DNA of 22,710 nucleotides from NCBI GenBank assembly GCA_050309605.1, contig JBNRMN010000012.1:1-22710 (forward strand), in the 5' to 3' direction. Origin of the DNA: Anaerohalosphaeraceae bacterium. GTDB lineage: Bacteria > Planctomycetota > Phycisphaerae > Sedimentisphaerales > Anaerohalosphaeraceae. Position 1 is the stretch's first letter. Every line of letters starts with the position of its first letter. The notes under the pieces were generated by a model. The model made no database searches. It saw nothing but the letters and a program-made list of their open reading frames with translations, and had not been told where the DNA came from. A program made the translations under genes and the position numbers. Below are positions 18,562-22,710 of the stretch, piece after piece.

Positions 18562-18999
18562 CTATATGTTATAATTGGCGGCCTTTTTGGATCGAACGGA
18601 CTTATCGACCAAATCAGCCAGTGTATAAGATTCCAGCACGCGCGTAATGGAATCCTGCAGCTCATGCCAAATCTCTCGCGTCGCGCAATCCGTACAGCGC
18701 GGGCAGAAATCGGCATGTTCCAAACAATCGGCCGGAACCATCGGGCCTTCGAGAGTCAGAAACACATCCTTAAGAGAGATTTCCTGAGGCGGACGGGCCA
18801 GTACATAGCCGCCGCGCGGGCCGCGAATACTGCGCACCAGACCGGCCGCTTTCAGCATCGCAATGAGCTGTTCGAGATACTTGTTGGAAATGTCCTCGCG
18901 ATCGGCAATCGTCTTGATTTGCATCGGTTTTTTACCGTATTCCATAGACAGTTCCAATACCGCCCGCATTCCATATCGTGTTCGTGATGAAAGCTTCAT
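18562..18999 (-). CDS. Rrf2-family transcriptional regulator (IscR/CymR-like)
   Basis: 'RYG.RA', HTH 'IS.KYLEQL...L..AGLVRS.RGP.GGY.LA', Cys92/99/102/105; AGGAG SD; first gene of the cluster. Confidence 0.93.
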   Translation of the reverse strand: MKLSSRTRYGMRAVLELSMEYGKKPMQIKTIADREDISNKYLEQLIAMLKAAGLVRSIRGPRGGYVLARPPQEISLKDVFLTLEGPMVPADCLEHADFCPRCTDCATREIWHELQDSITRVLESYTLADLVDKSVRSKKAANYNI

Positions 19000-19014
19000 A
19001 ACCTATTTCTCCTG

Positions 19015-19083
19015 ATAATCTATGGTTTCAGTAGTATTATTTGTTATATTACACACTTACTTATTTTACTTCAAGTAGTTTAT
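19015..19083 (-). promoter_or_regulatory. Putative promoter and two imperfect inverted repeats (candidate Rrf2 operators)
   Basis: Minus strand TTGAAG (19074-19069), 17-nt spacer, TAATAT (19051-19046); inverted repeats ATAATCTA-n-TAGTATTAT (19015-19040) and TTATTTTACTTCAAGTAGTTTAT (19061-19083). Confidence 0.5.
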
Positions 19084-19210
19084 CCATTTTTTGTGAAAAT
19101 CAAAGAATTTTTTGGAGTCGGCGACCTATCACGCTCAAAATCAATGAACACAAAAAAATAAATACATTCAACCCTCATATTGTCTTTTTTTTGTTTCAAT
19201 GAAGACCTCC

Positions 19211-19239
19211 TTGCTCTTGGCCGAGTCGAGGGGTATAAT
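19211..19239 (+). promoter_or_regulatory. Putative sigma70 promoter of the GH43 gene
   Basis: TTGCTC (19211-19216), 17-nt spacer, TATAAT (19234-19239). Confidence 0.55.
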
Positions 19240-19302
19240 CACGGCATTCCTTTTGCATCAACGACAAAAAAACTGCTGATACTAAATATTCAAGAGGTAA
19301 AA

Positions 19303-20406
19303 ATGAAGAATATAGCATTCCGCCTCGGGCTACTCATTATAACCCTGTCTATTTCAAGTGTTTTCGCCAAACGCACCGCCTTTGAGCCGACCAAGCCCTG
19401 GCCGGACAACAACGGCGTTCACATCAATGCCCACGGCGGCGGCGTTCTCTTCCATCAAGGGGTGTATTATTGGTTCGGCGAACACAAGACACAGGGGCGT
19501 CGGGGCAATACCGCCCAAGTCGGCGTTCACTGTTATTCCTCCACCGATCTGTACAACTGGAAAGATGAAGGCATCGCCCTGCATGTCAGCGACGATCCCG
19601 AAAGCGAAATCGTCCGCGGTTGCGTCATTGAACGTCCCAAAGTGATCTATAATCCAAAAACCAAACAATTCGTGATGTGGTTTCATCTTGAACTCAGGGA
19701 CCAGGGCTATACCGCCGCCCGTACCGCCGTGGCCGTCAGCGACACGGTAACAGGGCCTTATGCCTATCTGCGCTCGTTCCGCCCGAACGCCGGCAAACAC
19801 CCCGTCAATGTTCGGCCCCGCGATTTACGCCCCGGATCGGAAAACTATTTCCATCGCGACATTGAATCCGGCCAGATGGCGCGCGATATGACCCTGTTTG
19901 TCGATGAGGAAGGCAAGGCCTATCACATCGCCGCGGCCGAGGAGAACTATACACTGCATATCTCTTTATTGACCGATGATTTTTTGGATTTTACCGGAAT
20001 TTTCAGCCGTGTGCTGATACGGATGCACCGCGAAGCGCCGGCCATCTGCAAACGCAACGACCGCTATTACCTGCTGACCTCCGGCTGTACGGGCTGGGCG
20101 CCGAACGAAGCCTCCTATGCCGTAGCCGATGACATCTTCGGCCCCTATGAGCCGATGGGCAATCCCTGCCGGGGCGTCAACCCTGATATTGGAATGGGGC
20201 CGGAATTGACCTTTGGCGGCCAAAGCACCTTCATCCTGCCGGTCGAAGGAAAGTCCGACGCCTTCATTGCTATGTTTGACGTATGGCAGCCCCGAAATCC
20301 CATTGACGGAACCTATATTTGGCTGCCGATTGAGTTTGATGCTGACGACCGAATGGTCATTGGGTATAGAGAAAAATGGGATTTGTCTGTCTTTGACTCC
20401 CAATAA
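19303..20406 (+). CDS. Secreted glycoside hydrolase family 43 (resembles GH43_24 exo-beta-1,3-galactanase-like)
   Basis: Start set to ATG 19303 after GAGG; signal peptide MKNIAF...VFA; 'INAHGGG', 'YYWFGE', 'YSSTDLYNW', 'ERPKVIYN', 'RDMTLFVD', 'REAPA', 'SGCTGWAPN', 'TFGGQST'. Confidence 0.88.
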   Translation: MKNIAFRLGLLIITLSISSVFAKRTAFEPTKPWPDNNGVHINAHGGGVLFHQGVYYWFGEHKTQGRRGNTAQVGVHCYSSTDLYNWKDEGIALHVSDDPESEIVRGCVIERPKVIYNPKTKQFVMWFHLELRDQGYTAARTAVAVSDTVTGPYAYLRSFRPNAGKHPVNVRPRDLRPGSENYFHRDIESGQMARDMTLFVDEEGKAYHIAAAEENYTLHISLLTDDFLDFTGIFSRVLIRMHREAPAICKRNDRYYLLTSGCTGWAPNEASYAVADDIFGPYEPMGNPCRGVNPDIGMGPELTFGGQSTFILPVEGKSDAFIAMFDVWQPRNPIDGTYIWLPIEFDADDRMVIGYREKWDLSVFDSQ

Positions 20407-20434
20407 AACCAAGTTGAAGCTTAAAGAGGGTTAT

Positions 20435-21028
20435 ATGTCTGAACTATATATGTGCGTGACCAAAATCGACGAGGCCGGCTACGATGCCGCCCTGCACGGC
20501 CTGGCACACAATAAAAAACAGCCCGTGGCCAAGATGCCTGACGTCGCTCAAAAACTGGCCCACAAAGACGGCGGACACAACAAATTCCTCGAAAGCATCA
20601 CCGTCTGGCTGGATGTTCGCGCGCCGCGCTACTGGTGGCAGGAAGCCGACACGTTTCGCCTGTCCACCAAACAATCCGAAAGCACAATGCACACCCTCAC
20701 GGACGAGCTGCTGGCCGTCGATATGGACGACGCTGCGGCCGTTCGCGCGTTTTTGGAGCAAAACTTTGAGCCGAACGCCTGCCCGCTCGACACGCTGCGG
20801 GCCATCTATACCGCCGCGCAAAACAAAGACCTCATCGGCGTCAAAAAACGCCTGCCCGAAGGGTTCCTCCAGACACGCCTGTGGTGTATGAGCTACAAGA
20901 CCCTTCGCAACATTATCCTACAGCGCCGCACACATCGTCTGCCGCACTGGAAGCAGTTCATCCAACAGACACTTGAACAGGTACAACATCCGGAGCTGCT
21001 GCCCGGCCTGACACGCAAGGCGGACTAA
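20435..21028 (+). CDS. Divergent ThyX-like (flavin-dependent thymidylate synthase fold) protein, 197 aa
   Basis: Start set to ATG 20435 after GAGG; 'GHNKFLE', 'APRYWWQEADTFR....SESTMH', 'LPEGFLQTR', 'YKTLRNI..QR..HRL..W' follow the ThyX motif order, but the RHR triad is absent. Confidence 0.65.
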   Translation: MSELYMCVTKIDEAGYDAALHGLAHNKKQPVAKMPDVAQKLAHKDGGHNKFLESITVWLDVRAPRYWWQEADTFRLSTKQSESTMHTLTDELLAVDMDDAAAVRAFLEQNFEPNACPLDTLRAIYTAAQNKDLIGVKKRLPEGFLQTRLWCMSYKTLRNIILQRRTHRLPHWKQFIQQTLEQVQHPELLPGLTRKAD

Positions 21029-21120
21029 GGAGCCATGAAAAACAATTTGGGTAAGCGTTCACCGCGTTCAGGAGCAGGCCAATAATGTTTACTTTTTCGG
21101 CCTGAAAGGCCATTTGACCT

Positions 21121-21292
21121 GAGCCGCGCAAGTGAGCCGGATGGCGACACGTAACAACAGCCGAGCCGCGCGAGTGAGCCGGATTGCGACACGTAACAAC
21201 AGCCGAGCCGCGCAAGCGGCCGGATAATGCCGCGTCTTGAAAACGTCCCATACATCCGCATCCCCGTATCGGGCGGCTCGCGCCGCCGCGCT
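21121..21292. repeat. REP-like cluster 2: three tandem copies (42-bp period) plus one inverted variant
   Basis: GAGCCGCGC(A/G)AG..GCCGGAT at 21121, 21163 and 21205 with near-identical linker GCGACACGTAACAAC; inverted variant at 21268-21292; same family as 10202-10314. Confidence 0.85.
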
Positions 21293-21313
21293 GTTGTCCG
21301 CGCTGGTGTTTGG

Positions 21314-21541
21314 CTCCCCTCCTTTTCAAGGAGGGGACGTCCTGCGCCAGCAGGACAGGGGTGGTTGCGTCACCCCGTGTTCATTCGTCGTTGTTATCTG
21401 TTTCCCGTTTGGCCGCCTCGCGGCCATCGAATTATTCTTGTTTTATACCCCCTCCCCCCTTCGGGGTACTCCCCCTTTTCAGGGGGAGAGCTTTTTTTGC
21501 GCTTCGCGGTACTCCCCCTTGGCAGGCGGAGAGTTTTTTTT
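21314..21541. repeat. Second palindromic repeat family (CTCCCC...GGGGAG hairpins), possibly acting as terminators
   Basis: Hairpins TCCCCTCCTT-ttc-AAGGAGGGGA (21315-21337), GTCCTGC-gcca-GCAGGAC (21339-21356), CTCCCCCT-tttc-AGGGGGAG (21469-21488); 40-nt direct repeat 21459-21498 / 21502-21541 (35/40 identical), each ending in a T-run. Confidence 0.7.
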
Positions 21542-21681
21542 GTCGCTTCACGCCTTTGGCTTGCCAATCACTCTGACAGGCGGGACACAATCCCCGAAAA
21601 ATCCTGTAAACCGAACGGCTTAAAATCAGTATAAATGGGATACGTCTGTATGGGTCAAAACAAGAGAAAAAGGAGAAAATT

Positions 21682-22281
21682 ATGGCCAGAATTTTATGTT
21701 GTGCGGTAATGAGCGTTTGTTTTATCGTTTCCGGCTGTACTAACAAAACGGAGGCTCCGCCTATGGCAGAAGACCAGTCGCATGATGGTTTTTACGGGTT
21801 CACGGCCGAGGATATTGACGGCAGGGGGGTCGCGTTGTCCGACTATCAGGGCAGGGCTGTACTGGTGGTCAATGTCGCCAGCAAGTGCGGCTTTACCCCC
21901 CAGTACGCCGACCTGCAAGCCCTCTACGACCGGTACAAAGATCGGGGGTTTGCGGTGTTGGGGTTCCCGGCCAACAACTTCGGCAATCAGGAACCCGGCT
22001 CCAACGAAGAGATCAAGCAATTCTGCACGACGCAGTTTGACGTCACGTTTCCAATGTTTTCCAAAATCTCCGTGAAGGGCGACGACATCGACCCGCTGTA
22101 CGCCTACCTGACGGATGCGGAACGCAACGCCCCGCACGGTGGCGACATTCAATGGAATTTCACCAAATTTTTGATCGGCAAAGACGGCCGCACGCTTGCG
22201 CGTTTCGGCTCCCGGACGACGCCTCTGGACCCGGAGGTCATCGTAGCCGTTGAAGCCGCCCTTGCCGGGGAGTCGTTGTAA
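21682..22281 (+). CDS. Cys-type glutathione peroxidase family protein, predicted lipoprotein
   Basis: 'VNVASKCGFTPQY', 'GFPANNFGNQEPG', 'QFC', 'WNFTKFL'; N-terminal hydrophobic segment with lipobox VSGC; AAGGAG SD. Confidence 0.92.
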   Translation: MARILCCAVMSVCFIVSGCTNKTEAPPMAEDQSHDGFYGFTAEDIDGRGVALSDYQGRAVLVVNVASKCGFTPQYADLQALYDRYKDRGFAVLGFPANNFGNQEPGSNEEIKQFCTTQFDVTFPMFSKISVKGDDIDPLYAYLTDAERNAPHGGDIQWNFTKFLIGKDGRTLARFGSRTTPLDPEVIVAVEAALAGESL

Positions 22282-22710
22282 TGCCCGATTATGAGCGGAA
22301 CAATCTGGATCGGGCCGGCTCGCCCTATCTGCGGCAGCATCGGGACAATCCCGTCTGGTGGCAGGAGTGGAACGCCGAGACGATTGCCGAGGCGTTGCGG
22401 CTCAACAAACCGCTGTTTGTGTCGGTTGGCTATTCGACGTGCCACTGGTGTCATGTGATGGCGGCGGAGGCATTTTCGGACAGGGACGTTGCGGCGTACC
22501 TGAATACTCATTATGTATCGATTAAAGTGGATCGCGAGCAGCGGCCGGACATTGACCATTTTCTGATGGATTTTTTGACGCGGCAGACCGGCGCGGGCGG
22601 CTGGCCGTTGAACGCCTTCCTGACGCCGGAGATGAAGCCGATTTATGCCCTGACGTATGCGCCGGTGCAGCCGCGCGGCGGGATGTATGGCTTTCTGGAG
22701 ATTGTCCGAC
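22281..22710 (+). CDS. YyaL/SSP411 (DUF255) thioredoxin-domain protein, truncated by window end
   Basis: Not in the ORF track. From ATG 22281 (TAATG overlap): 'SPYLRQHRDNPVWWQEW...VGYSTCHWCHVMAAEAF...IKVDREQRPDID...GGWPLNAFLTP'. Confidence 0.92.
   Translation, partial: MPDYERNNLDRAGSPYLRQHRDNPVWWQEWNAETIAEALRLNKPLFVSVGYSTCHWCHVMAAEAFSDRDVAAYLNTHYVSIKVDREQRPDIDHFLMDFLTRQTGAGGWPLNAFLTPEMKPIYALTYAPVQPRGGMYGFLEIVR

Noticed and set aside
10326..18987. Long plus-strand ORFs (317, 490, 374, 252, 425 aa)
   Set aside because: Antisense to well-supported genes; expected in GC-rich DNA.
20213..20434. N-terminal extensions in the ORF track (ThyX-like gene; also 19180, 15555, 12047)
   Set aside because: They overlap neighbouring genes, promoters or repeats; downstream ATGs have SD sequences and fit the expected N-termini.
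21121..21225. Possible CRISPR array (also 10202-10267)
   Set aside because: Only 2-3 units, linkers are 12-17 nt and near-identical, inverted copies are present, and there are no cas genes.
20958..21746. Short ORFs across the repeat-rich spacer
   Set aside because: They are translations of palindromic repeats with no protein motifs.
21885..21887. Possible selenocysteine glutathione peroxidase
   Set aside because: The active-site codon is TGC (Cys), not TGA.

Overview
GC-rich bacterial chromosomal DNA, probably from a planctomycete (Phycisphaerae/Sedimentisphaerales-like, inferred from the dockerin-like tail of the 1854-aa protein). From left to right: (1) two tandem minus-strand paralogous giant secreted proteins with lamin-tail (LTD) and CotH-kinase domains, the left one running off the window edge and missing from the ORF track; (2) a HAD phosphatase; (3) a ~8.6-kb minus-strand sulfur/Fe-S cluster, in transcription order Rrf2 regulator, cysK, cysE, nadA, metY-like, nifU, nifS, anaerobic sulfatase maturase, YkgJ-type Cys-cluster protein; (4) plus-strand genes for a GH43 glycosidase, a divergent ThyX-like protein, a lipoprotein glutathione peroxidase and a YyaL/DUF255 protein (truncated). 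Non-coding structure includes two clusters of a GNRA-hairpin REP-like repeat, a second hairpin repeat family, and two related AT-rich heptad-periodic inverted-repeat elements that flank metY and supply the identical Lys-Asn-stop ends of metY and nadA. No CRISPR array, rRNA, tRNA or transposase was seen. All calls come from motif recognition; no database search was run.
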